64,000 bases of DNA, taken from contig JAUSJO010000005.1 of assembly GCA_030647205.1 (NCBI GenBank), forward strand, positions 74,523 through 138,522. The letters run 5' to 3'. The stretch comes from a bacterium. GTDB taxonomy: Bacteria > Patescibacteriota > CPR2 > UBA1875 > JAJYID01. Below are positions 8,281 through 17,155 of this stretch, piece by piece. The notes beneath the pieces are model-generated. The model ran no database searches. It worked only from the letters and a program-made list of their open reading frames with translations, and was not told the DNA's origin. Position 1 is the first letter of the stretch. Each line of letters opens with the position of its first letter. Made by a program: the position numbers and the translations under genes.

Positions 8281-11187
8281 ATGGCGGAAAAATACAATCA
8301 TAAAAGGATTGAATCTAAATGGCAGGAAGTTTGGGAGAAAACAAAAATCAACCGGACTGATTTGACGTCTGAAAAGCCGAAATTTTATAATCTCATAATG
8401 TTTCCTTATCCAAGCGGGGATTATCTGCATCTTGGCCATGGCTACTCGAACTCTGGGGCCGATGTATATGGCAGATATAAGGCTTTAAACGGTTTTAATA
8501 TTTTTATGCCCATTGGCTATGATTCTTTCGGTCTCCCGGCCGAAAACTTTGCTATAAAAAAAGGTATTCACCCCAGAAAAAGCGTTTCTCAAAATATTGA
8601 ACATGCGCAGAAACAGCTAAAGACTTGGGGTTGCATGTTTGATTTCTCTCGAGAGGTGACGACGTCCGAGCCGAACTATTATAAATGGACCCAATGGCTA
8701 TTTTTAAAGCTGTACGAGCAAGGTTTGGCATACCAGAAAGAGTCGCCGGTGAACTGGTGTCCGAAGTGTATGACCGTTCTCGCCAACGAACAAGTCAAAG
8801 ATGGTTTCTGTGAGAGATGCGAAGCAGAAGTAGTTCAAAAAAATATGAAACAGTGGTTTTTCAAAATCACTGACTATGCAGACAGACTGATTAAAGATTT
8901 GGATAAGGTAGACTGGCCGGAATCATCCGTGACCAAACAAAGAAACTGGATTGGCAGGAGCGAAGGGGTTCAGATGGATATGCCGGTTGCCGACTCGAAA
9001 GAGAAATTATCCGTTTTTACGACCAGAATAGATACAGTTTATGGCATGACGTATGTCGTTTTAGCTCCCGAACATCCTTTAGTTGATAAGGTTACAACTG
9101 CTGATCAGAAGAAAGAAGTTGAAAAGTACAAGATTCAAGCACAAAAACAGACGGAAATAGAACGGCAATCTCTAGAAAAGGAAAAAACAGGGGTATTTAC
9201 CGGCTCATATGCCATAAACCCATTTAACGGCGAAAAGGTACCAATTTGGATAGCCGACTATGTTTTGTTTGGATATGGCACTGGCGCCGTGATGGCAGTA
9301 CCAGCCCATGATGAGAGAGATTTTGAGTTTGCGAAGAAGTATGATTTGCCGATTATCCAGTCGATAGCTCCTGTTTTTGTTGATCCTACAAATCCGCCAA
9401 AAGATGGCATTGAAGATACGGTAAGACATGGCGTAATAGTTTTAGTTAAGCATTGGAGCGAGGACAAATATTTGCTGGATTATTCTCCGAAGTTTGGCTG
9501 GAAATGTCTTTTCTGCGGTGGTGTAGAAGATGGCGAAGATCCACTTGAGGCGGCTGCACGGGAGATCAGAGAAGAAGCGGGGTATCAGAATATCAAAGAA
9601 GTGAGATATATGCCGCTTCATCACATAGATAGATTCCATGCTCCTCACAAGGGAGTAAACAGGTACGCTCACCAAAAAAATATTTATATTGAACTTGCTG
9701 ATGGCGAGTATGTTGAACCGACTGAGGAAGAGAAAGAGCTTCATCAGGTTAGCTGGCATACTAAGGAAGAAATGCTTGAGCAAATAACATTAGTTAACCA
9801 TAAATATATTTTCGAAACGGAACTTATGAGCGGCCAAGCTTGGACAGGTTATGGAGCTCTTGTTGATTCCGCAGAGTTTACTGGACTACTTTCCGAAGAA
9901 GCGAAGAAGAAAATGGCTGAGTGGCTGGAGAAGAAGAAAGCAGGAGAAACGAAGGTTAACTATCGTCTGCATGACTGGTCTATCGGCCGGCAGAGATACT
10001 GGGGCGCTCCTATTCCCATCATTTATTGTGAGAAGTGTGGCGTTGTGCCAGTGCCTGAGAAAGATTTACCGGTTGAGCTGCCTGAAAAAATTAAAGATTT
10101 CAGGCCAAAAGGAACGGGGAAGGGGCCACTCGCCTCAGTTAAAGAATTCGTCGAAACGACATGTCCGAAATGCGGTGGTAAAGCTGAGCGTGAAACTGAC
10201 ACGATGGATACATTTGTAGACTCTAGTTTCTACTATCTCAGATATCCGAGTGTTGGTAATGATAGTGAAATGATGGAAAAGAAAGTCATCGAGAAGTGGC
10301 TGCCGGTAGATATGTATGTCGGCGGGGCTGAGCACGTGACGATGCATCTTCTCTATGCCAGGTTTATCGCAAAGGCTCTTTATGACGCTAAGCTTTTGAA
10401 ATTTGACGAACCATTTTTGAAACTTCGACATCAAGGGATGATACTTGGTCCGGACGGCAAGAAAATGTCCAAGTCTAAGGGAAATGTGGTCATACCGGAC
10501 GCAGTTATCAAGGAGCATGGAACTGATATTTTCAGGACATACATCCTTTTCATGGGCAGATTTGAAGACGGCGGGCCATGGGATCCGAAGGGGATTGTAG
10601 GCATAAAGAGATTTTTAGAAAAATATTGGTCGCTTGCTAACTTGATTTCAGCTGAAAACTTTGATTTAGATCAGTCAGTCGATGGTTCTCAGGATATGAT
10701 AGTAAAGAAAACTATCAATAAAGCTATTAAAAAAGTTGGTGAAGATATAGAAAGTTTTAAGTTTAATACGGCAATAAGCTCTCTAATGGAATGCGTTAAT
10801 GCTTTAAATTTTCTTGAAATGAAATATAAACCTAAACAGAGTATAGAATTATGGAAAAACACGGTAGAAAAATTGACCATCATACTTTCTCCATTTGCTC
10901 CCCATATGACCGAGGAAATTTGGGAGAGTCTAGGAAATACGGAGAGTGTTCATTTACAAAGTTGGCCGAAATACGATAAGGATTTAATAAAAGATGAGAC
11001 AGTAACGGTGGCTGTTCAGATAAATGGCAAGGTGAGAGAGCAGCTTCTGATCAACGTCGAAGCAGAGGAAAAAGAAGTTTTAGAACTAGCAAAAGCGAGT
11101 AAAAAAGTGCAGAATTATTTGCAAGGCAAAGAAATCAAAAAGGTGATTTATATCAAAGGTAAGCTCCTTAGCCTTGTAGTTAGCTAA
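8281..11187 (+). CDS. leuS: Leucyl-tRNA synthetase with an inserted Nudix hydrolase domain
   Basis: HIGH-type motif HLGHGYS, KMSKS (KMSKSKGN), CP1 TTRxDT motif and VNYRLHDW. About 135 extra residues (nt ~9426-9830) carry the Nudix box GGVEDGEDPLEAAAREIREEAGY (nt 9517-9585). Confidence 0.9.
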   Translation: MAEKYNHKRIESKWQEVWEKTKINRTDLTSEKPKFYNLIMFPYPSGDYLHLGHGYSNSGADVYGRYKALNGFNIFMPIGYDSFGLPAENFAIKKGIHPRKSVSQNIEHAQKQLKTWGCMFDFSREVTTSEPNYYKWTQWLFLKLYEQGLAYQKESPVNWCPKCMTVLANEQVKDGFCERCEAEVVQKNMKQWFFKITDYADRLIKDLDKVDWPESSVTKQRNWIGRSEGVQMDMPVADSKEKLSVFTTRIDTVYGMTYVVLAPEHPLVDKVTTADQKKEVEKYKIQAQKQTEIERQSLEKEKTGVFTGSYAINPFNGEKVPIWIADYVLFGYGTGAVMAVPAHDERDFEFAKKYDLPIIQSIAPVFVDPTNPPKDGIEDTVRHGVIVLVKHWSEDKYLLDYSPKFGWKCLFCGGVEDGEDPLEAAAREIREEAGYQNIKEVRYMPLHHIDRFHAPHKGVNRYAHQKNIYIELADGEYVEPTEEEKELHQVSWHTKEEMLEQITLVNHKYIFETELMSGQAWTGYGALVDSAEFTGLLSEEAKKKMAEWLEKKKAGETKVNYRLHDWSIGRQRYWGAPIPIIYCEKCGVVPVPEKDLPVELPEKIKDFRPKGTGKGPLASVKEFVETTCPKCGGKAERETDTMDTFVDSSFYYLRYPSVGNDSEMMEKKVIEKWLPVDMYVGGAEHVTMHLLYARFIAKALYDAKLLKFDEPFLKLRHQGMILGPDGKKMSKSKGNVVIPDAVIKEHGTDIFRTYILFMGRFEDGGPWDPKGIVGIKRFLEKYWSLANLISAENFDLDQSVDGSQDMIVKKTINKAIKKVGEDIESFKFNTAISSLMECVNALNFLEMKYKPKQSIELWKNTVEKLTIILSPFAPHMTEEIWESLGNTESVHLQSWPKYDKDLIKDETVTVAVQINGKVREQLLINVEAEEKEVLELAKASKKVQNYLQGKEIKKVIYIKGKLLSLVVS

Positions 11188-11212
11188 AAAATCTGCTATA
11201 ATTTCTTGGTCA

Positions 11213-11318
11213 ACACTCTTGTCATCCTCGGGCTTGACCCGGGGATCTAGAGCAAAGATATCGGAGGAGAACAGAAGAAAGGAATGGATTCCCGCCTTCG
11301 CGGGAATGACACAAGGAA
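11213..11318. repeat. Two GTCATCC...GGATC / GATTCCC...GGGAATGAC hairpin repeat units
   Basis: Palindromes cttgtcatcctcgggcttgacccggggatc and gattcccgccttcgcgggaatgac belong to the same hairpin family as the other sites. Confidence 0.75.
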
Positions 11319-11320
11319 TA

Positions 11321-11736
11321 TGAAACAAGAACCTTACAAGTTGGACGTCAAAGATTTTCTCGTAAAAGGAGATATTGGCAGCAGAGAAGTTTTTGTTGTT
11401 AAAGCTAAGTTAGACATTGAACTAGATGAAGAAAATGTTTTGAAAAGCTATGAAGGTGAGGTTAAACTGACACTTCTGGAAAATGAAATACTGGCAGAGT
11501 TTAGCATAAATTATATTGCAGAAACTATATGTGCCAGATGTTTGAAAAAGTACAAAAGAGAAGGTAGGTTGTCTTTTGACAGAGAATACGTAATCGGTAG
11601 AAGAGTGGCAGAAGGAGACGAACTACTAGTTGATAAGGAATTTAAAATAGAAATTGGCGGGCCGACTTTAGAAGAAATAGCATTTGATGTACCGATGAAA
11701 CCGCTATGCAAAGAAAGTTGCAAAGGAATTAAATAA
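11321..11736 (+). CDS. yceD: YceD/DUF177 family protein (large-subunit rRNA accumulation), upstream of rpmF
   Basis: Conserved yceD-rpmF synteny and C-terminal Cys cluster (CARC...C..C). The first M of the ORF (11284) lies inside the repeat hairpin, so ATG 11321 is preferred. Confidence 0.6.
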
Positions 11737-11764
11737 TAGTAAATAAATTAAGGATAAGTTTGAA

Positions 11765-12001
11765 ATGGCTGTACCAAAGAGAAAAAAATCGAAAAGAAGA
11801 ACCAGACAGGGAAGATCACACCACGCTTTAACTGCCCCAACTCTTTCGACTTGCTCAAAGTGCGGAGAGCAGATTATGCCGCATAATGCATGCCAGACTT
11901 GCGGATACTATGGCGAAAGAAAAGCTGTAGATGTTGAAACAAAGCTGGACAAGAAACTTAAAAAGAAAGAAAATAAGGAAAACGAAACTAAGGAGAAGTA
12001 A
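11765..12001 (+). CDS. rpmF: 50S ribosomal protein L32 with a Lys-rich C-terminal tail
   Basis: MAVPKRKKSKRRTRQGRSHHAL, Cys4 knuckle CSKCG...CQTCG. Confidence 0.9.
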   Translation: MAVPKRKKSKRRTRQGRSHHALTAPTLSTCSKCGEQIMPHNACQTCGYYGERKAVDVETKLDKKLKKKENKENETKEK

Positions 12002-12513
12002 TGGCCTCGAACCGTCACTTATCAAGGATTATCGCACTGCAGTCTCTTTTTGAGTCAGCTTTTTGCGATTTTAACCTTGAAGCGAAAAGGACTCAAGCTG
12101 AGAAATCTAAAAAGATCAAAGAGACGGTAGAGAGGAATGTAACTGAGTTTGCATCAGGCGAGCAAAACAAAGATTTTGCGCTTTCCATAGCCAAAGGGGT
12201 TATAGATAACGAATCCAGAATTGACGAGATTATCAAACCGGCCGCTCCTGAATGGCCAATAGAACAAATAGCCCTCGTGGATCTTACAATCCTTAGAATG
12301 AGCGTATATGAGCTCCTTTTTGCCAAAGAAGAGGTGCCTCCAAAAGTTGCTATTAACGAAGCCGTTGAACTCGCAAAAGCATTTGGTGGACCGAGATCTA
12401 GCAAGTTTGTAAATGGTGTTTTAGGGACGATTTACCGGGCAAGTGATAAATATAACCCGGCAGACGACAAAAAGCCGCCGGAGAAGAAGGAAGACGAAAA
12501 AGCTAAAAAGTAA
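12001..12513 (+). CDS. nusB: Transcription antitermination factor NusB
   Basis: NusB fold motifs (RIIALQSLF; AINEAVELAKAFGG...FVNGVLG). Confidence 0.8.
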   Translation: MASNRHLSRIIALQSLFESAFCDFNLEAKRTQAEKSKKIKETVERNVTEFASGEQNKDFALSIAKGVIDNESRIDEIIKPAAPEWPIEQIALVDLTILRMSVYELLFAKEEVPPKVAINEAVELAKAFGGPRSSKFVNGVLGTIYRASDKYNPADDKKPPEKKEDEKAKK

Positions 12514-13193
12514 TGAAGGATTTTGCCAAACTACAGAAAAAAATCGGAACTAACTTTAAAGATGAACAGCTTCTAATAAACGCCTTTATCCACCGTTCAT
12601 ACTTAAACGAAAACTCTGATTATGCCCAACACAACGAGCGTCTCGAATTCTTAGGAGACGCGGTTTTGGAGTTGGTGACAACCGAGTTTTTATATCAAAA
12701 CTACCCAAACCCAGAGGGAGACCTTACAAACTGGAGAAGCGCTCTTGTAAAAACCGAAACCATTTCTGATGTTTCAAAGAGCCTTGGATTTGAAGATTAT
12801 CTTTTCTTGTCTCGAGGAGAGTCCAAGAGTAAAGGTAGAGCTAGGCAGCTTATCTTGGCAAACTGTTTCGAAGCGGTCATTGGGGCTACATATTTAGACA
12901 GAGGTTATGATGAAGCAAAGAAATTTATTACAAAACATCTTTTGAAACTACTTCCTGAAATTATCGAAAAGAAACTATATGTTGATGCAAAAAGCCAACT
13001 TCAGGAAATTGCGCAGAGGAATGAGAGTATAACACCGAGGTATGACGTTTTGTCAGAAACTGGCCCGGATCACAAAAGGGTATTTAAAATCGGTGTGTTC
13101 TTAAATGACAAGAAAATCGGTGAGGGTGAAGGGGCATCAAAACAACTTGCCCAGCAGGCAGCGGCTGAGGACGCACTAAAAAGTTATAAATAG
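12513..13193 (+). CDS. rnc: Ribonuclease III
   Basis: RNase III signature ERLEFLGDAVLEL plus a C-terminal dsRBD. Confidence 0.9.
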   Translation: MKDFAKLQKKIGTNFKDEQLLINAFIHRSYLNENSDYAQHNERLEFLGDAVLELVTTEFLYQNYPNPEGDLTNWRSALVKTETISDVSKSLGFEDYLFLSRGESKSKGRARQLILANCFEAVIGATYLDRGYDEAKKFITKHLLKLLPEIIEKKLYVDAKSQLQEIAQRNESITPRYDVLSETGPDHKRVFKIGVFLNDKKIGEGEGASKQLAQQAAAEDALKSYK

Positions 13194-13196
13194 TTC

Positions 13197-13515
13197 TCTT
13201 TCTCTGTCATTCCGACCGAAGCGGAGGAATCCCTTTCTCGTCATTCTGGCTTGTCCAGAATCTATTATTATTTATCCACTTTTTTAGAAAAAGTAGAGCA
13301 AAAATCGCGACTAGACGGCTTCTCAAAGTGTCGCTCAAACCTCATCTCAAATTTGAAAAAGGACAACAAGCCGATTCCGGAAGCCCTTTTCCAAAATTTC
13401 GTCTCGGTTTTCACTCGCTTATTGAACCGATAGTCGCAAATACTATTTATAAAGTTCATTCTCGCTTTGAAAAAAATCATGCCGGAGGACTCTCTTCCTT
13501 TGTGATGCTGGGAGT
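13197..13515. repeat. Composite intergenic repeat element (hairpin units 13200-13265 plus a type A variant body)
   Basis: Same module order as the 4030 and 55603 copies. ORFs at 13251-13561 on both strands lie inside it and are judged spurious. Confidence 0.8.
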
Positions 13516-13589
13516 AAAATTTCAATTTTCGAATCTTTTTTCTTGTGCTACAATAGTTTAGATTTATTTAGGATTTTTTGGAGGCGTAT

Positions 13590-16127
13590 TTGTATTTAAA
13601 AAATATCAATGTAACGGGGTTTAAATCTTTCGGGGCGAAGAACGTCTTGGATTTTCCCCGTGAAGGAAAAGGCAAGCAGCGAAGCTTTACCGCTGTTGTC
13701 GGACCAAACGGAAGCGGGAAGAGCAATATCGCAGATGCTATCCGCTGGGCATTGGGCGAACAATCCTCTAAGTTATTACGAGTTAAGAAAAACGAAGATG
13801 TCATCTTTTTTGGAAGTGCCAAGAAGGGCAAAGGGTCGTTCACCGAGATTTCAATGACTCTTGATAACTCCGACAAGTCCGCGCCGGTTGATCTCACTGA
13901 AATAGAAGTAACTCGCCGTCTCTACAGAAACGGCGACAACGAATATCTTATTAACCGCAAAAAAGTACGGCTTTTAGACGTTCAGGAGTTGCTTGCCAAG
14001 TGTGGCATCGGACGCTCAACTTATACTGTTATCGGCCAGGGGATGGTTGACTCGCTTTTGTTTTATGGCCCCGCAGAAAGAAAGGTTCTCTTTGAAGAAG
14101 CGTCAGGGGTTAAACAATATGAGATTAAGCGGTCGGAATCCATAAGGAAACTGGATGCCACCGATAAAAATATTATCCGCATAAAAGATTTGCTATACGA
14201 ACTCGAGCCAAGGCTGAAGCAGGCAGAGAGACAGAACAAGAAATTCCAGAAAAAGCAGGAGATAGAGACGGAGCTGGATGAACTCAGTCGTAAATACTAC
14301 ACAAATGTCTTATCGGATATTACGGGCAAAAAGTCTGTTTTGGACGCAAAGCTAGAAAAACTGAGAGAGCAGGAAGGTGTCTTAAAGTCAGAAATAGTTG
14401 CCATTGAAGCTCGCATTGCCAAGGGATTAAAAGCACAAGGGAGCGATAAGGAAGAAAAAGAGCTAAAGGCGAAGATTGATGGGTTGTATTCTAAGAAGAA
14501 TGTGATTTCGCAGCAAATTTACAAAATCCAGGCAGAGAGTGAGGCAGTTGTATCGGTTTATGCCAGAGAAAAGGATGGTTTGGTCCGTGAAAAAGAAACT
14601 TGCGAGAGGGAGATCGCTAACCTCAAGGAGCGTTCAGCTAGGATTAGTACCGAAAACGGACAGCTGGCAGAGAGACTAAATGGTGCGAAAAAGGAACTAG
14701 AAGGCATTGATGTAAAAATTGTAGCGGCAAACGAGGAACTTGCAAAAGCGCAGCGGGAAAGCGTGGTCATGGGTAAAGACGACATCTCACGAGAGCTTGA
14801 AAGTGTATCCGCTGACTATAAAAAGATAGTTACGCAAATTAGTACGGTCAAGGACTTAAAATCACTTACAAATCTCAAATCTGGGGCAGAAGAGTTAAGC
14901 CAAAAGATGGACGAGTTGATAAGAAAGATTAAAAAGAGCCAAAATGCCGATACTTCAAATATAGAGAAGAAACAGGAAGAGATTGGAAGATTATCAGGGA
15001 ATAAAGAAATTATTTTGAAAGAGATTCAGGATTTGAGAGTTCGGGAAATATCTCGGGCAGAGACTTTAAAGAATATTGATACTCAGGCCAAAGATTACGG
15101 CTCAAGACTTGAGGTTGCGGGTCAAAAGATTGCAAAGCTGGAAAAACCGGCCGAAAAAGATTCATCAGAGGTGAATAAATTGATTTCAGAGAAAGAAAAG
15201 TTAGAATCAGAAATTACTGGTTTGAAGGCAAAGCTAGAAAAGATCGAGAATGCCAGCGCAAGCGGGGACTACTCGAAAGTTCTTGAAGAAGAAAAGGCAA
15301 AAAGGGCAGAGATTTCTAGAGTTGGGGACGATATTAACTCGGCAATGGTAGAGCTAGCAAGAGTTGAAACAAAGAGCGATGATCTAAAAAGTGAAATTCA
15401 TGAGTTTTTGGGCGAGGCATTTTACAAAGAAATTTCCGATTCTCGTCATTCTGGCAATGTCCAGAATCCATCAGAAAACGTAGAACATCTAATGCCAAAA
15501 ATTCAACGGCTTCGCAAGGACATGTATGCGCTTGGCGAGATAGATCACTTTATCAAGGAAGAGTTTGAAGAACTAGAGGTGAGAGTTGGTGAGCTTTCAA
15601 GTCAGCTTGGGGATTTGGAAAAAGCAAAAACAGATATTTTAAAAATCATCGGTGAGTTGGATATAAGGATCAAAACACAGTTTCAAGCCACTTTTGCTAG
15701 GATTTCTGAAGAGTTTACTAAATATTTCAAAATACTCTTTAATGGCGGCAATGCGACGCTAAATCTGGAGACAGATGAAGAGGGGAACTTTGGAGTAGAA
15801 ATAGGCGCGACACCGCCGGGGAAGAAAAACCAGTCATTGAATTCATTATCAGGTGGCGAAAGAGCGCTGACGTCTATAGCACTTCTTTTTGCAATTCTGT
15901 CCGTCAATCCAAGCCCATTCTGTGTACTTGATGAGGTTGATGCCTCGCTTGACGAAACAAATACAGAACGATTTCTAAAAATATTACAGACGCTTTCTCA
16001 TAAAACTCAGTTTGTCGTGGTTACGCATAACCGCGAAAGCATGAAAAAAGCCGACATTATTTACGGCGTTTCGATGGATGACAACCACGTCTCGCAGGTG
16101 TACTCTTTGAAACTGACGGAAGTTTAG
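13590..16127 (+). CDS. smc: SMC-like chromosome segregation ATPase: short, hinge-less, all coiled-coil between the head halves
   Basis: N-terminal FKSFG...GPNGSGKSNIADAIRWALGEQS (Walker A). C-terminal LSGGERALTSIALLFAI signature and Walker B (CVLDEVDASLD). RBS GGAGG precedes TTG 13590. Only about 845 aa with no Gly-rich hinge visible. Confidence 0.8.
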   Translation: MYLKNINVTGFKSFGAKNVLDFPREGKGKQRSFTAVVGPNGSGKSNIADAIRWALGEQSSKLLRVKKNEDVIFFGSAKKGKGSFTEISMTLDNSDKSAPVDLTEIEVTRRLYRNGDNEYLINRKKVRLLDVQELLAKCGIGRSTYTVIGQGMVDSLLFYGPAERKVLFEEASGVKQYEIKRSESIRKLDATDKNIIRIKDLLYELEPRLKQAERQNKKFQKKQEIETELDELSRKYYTNVLSDITGKKSVLDAKLEKLREQEGVLKSEIVAIEARIAKGLKAQGSDKEEKELKAKIDGLYSKKNVISQQIYKIQAESEAVVSVYAREKDGLVREKETCEREIANLKERSARISTENGQLAERLNGAKKELEGIDVKIVAANEELAKAQRESVVMGKDDISRELESVSADYKKIVTQISTVKDLKSLTNLKSGAEELSQKMDELIRKIKKSQNADTSNIEKKQEEIGRLSGNKEIILKEIQDLRVREISRAETLKNIDTQAKDYGSRLEVAGQKIAKLEKPAEKDSSEVNKLISEKEKLESEITGLKAKLEKIENASASGDYSKVLEEEKAKRAEISRVGDDINSAMVELARVETKSDDLKSEIHEFLGEAFYKEISDSRHSGNVQNPSENVEHLMPKIQRLRKDMYALGEIDHFIKEEFEELEVRVGELSSQLGDLEKAKTDILKIIGELDIRIKTQFQATFARISEEFTKYFKILFNGGNATLNLETDEEGNFGVEIGATPPGKKNQSLNSLSGGERALTSIALLFAILSVNPSPFCVLDEVDASLDETNTERFLKILQTLSHKTQFVVVTHNRESMKKADIIYGVSMDDNHVSQVYSLKLTEV
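15443..15470. repeat. Hairpin repeat unit (tcgtcattctggcaatgtccagaatcc) inserted in-frame inside smc
   Basis: Near-identical to the intergenic unit at 13237-13263. It is read through as ...SDSRHSGNVQNPSE.... Confidence 0.7.
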
Positions 16128-16141
16128 TCCAAGCATAAATG

Positions 16142-16170
16142 TTGACAAACAAGATGTTATCTTCTATAAT
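16142..16170 (+). promoter_or_regulatory. Perfect sigma70 consensus promoter: TTGACA, 17-nt spacer, TATAAT
   Basis: TTGACA 16142-16147 and TATAAT 16165-16170. A leader of about 130 nt and RBS AGGAGG follow before ATG 16301. Confidence 0.65.
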
Positions 16171-16300
16171 TTAGTTCTTATTCTGTCATAAAAATAATTT
16201 TTGGCGATTATATTTAGGAGAGTGGGCGGTTGAATAGTTCTTTTAACATCTTAAGTTCTGAATGATTTAGCAATTCAAAGTCAAACAATCCTAGGAGGCA

Positions 16301-17005
16301 GTGATGCAGGTTGTTACAGAGTCATATCGCAAGGCGGATAGTACAGAAAGAAGCGAGGACTTTGCTGCAATGAAGGCGAGAAGGGCCAAGATGTGTGAGG
16401 CTCTTAATCTGCAAGCTCAGGTTTCAGCACAGGCAATAGCCGAAGAAGCAGCTATTTTCTACAAAGAGATCACTGGCTACGAGCTCGCGATGTGGCGTGA
16501 ATTCCTCCCGACTGCTTATGAGGACTTCGCTGAATACAGTTACGATGTTATTCCGGAGGTTGCTCTCGAAGACATCGTTACTGCCAACAATATGAACATT
16601 TTCAGCACTATGGAAATATGGACCCCCGAGATCGAGGTCAACTCTATGGACCCTATGGCGGTTGGTATAACCGGTGTAGGGCGTGACAGGCGTTTCTTCC
16701 CGATTGTTCGTTGGGGAGCAGAGAAACTGCTCACACCTGAACAGATCGAAAGGGTAGTTGCACGCAGGCAACAAGATAGGTGGCGTTCATATGGTGTAAA
16801 CAGTGTTCCAGAAACCATCCTTGATCATATTGTAGCGAAGTTTCGTGAATCGGAAGGTGTCTACGAATACGGCATAAGGCGTGCAAGTGGAGGATTTATG
16901 CGGATGCGTCGCTGCTGTGGCAAGAAGATGTATGCCCTGAGATGGTTTGGAGAGCATCCGGACGAAAATGTCTGCGCTGAATGCGGAAATGTCCGAGAAA
17001 CCTGA
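16301..17005 (+). CDS. Hypothetical protein with a C-terminal zinc ribbon (CCGKK...CAECG); GC-richer than its surroundings
   Basis: Strong RBS, consensus promoter upstream, terminator downstream. No family recognised. Confidence 0.5.
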   Translation: MMQVVTESYRKADSTERSEDFAAMKARRAKMCEALNLQAQVSAQAIAEEAAIFYKEITGYELAMWREFLPTAYEDFAEYSYDVIPEVALEDIVTANNMNIFSTMEIWTPEIEVNSMDPMAVGITGVGRDRRFFPIVRWGAEKLLTPEQIERVVARRQQDRWRSYGVNSVPETILDHIVAKFRESEGVYEYGIRRASGGFMRMRRCCGKKMYALRWFGEHPDENVCAECGNVRET

Positions 17006-17054
17006 TCAGCAAGGATATATAAGTCAGCACCCAGAAGCGGGGCGCGCGAGCGCC

Positions 17055-17086
17055 CCGCTTTTTCATTCCAAGTTATTCCAAGCATA
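17055..17086 (+). terminator. Rho-independent terminator
   Basis: Hairpin gcggggcgcgcgagcgccccgc followed by ttttt. Confidence 0.75.
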
Positions 17087-17102
17087 GAAACATTGACGAA
17101 AT

Positions 17103-17131
17103 CTAATCTTCATGATATACTTTTGTTCAAT
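17103..17131 (+). promoter_or_regulatory. Sigma70-like promoter: TTGACG, 17-nt spacer, TGaTATACT (extended -10)
   Basis: Read directly. Confidence 0.55.
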
Positions 17132-17155
17132 TTACATCGGTAATGTAACTTCAAA

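Noticed and set aside
11284-11320. Extended N-terminus (MDSRLRGNDTRN) of yceD.
   Set aside because: These codons are the palindromic repeat unit (gattcccgccttcgcgggaatgac). ATG 11321 is the likelier start.
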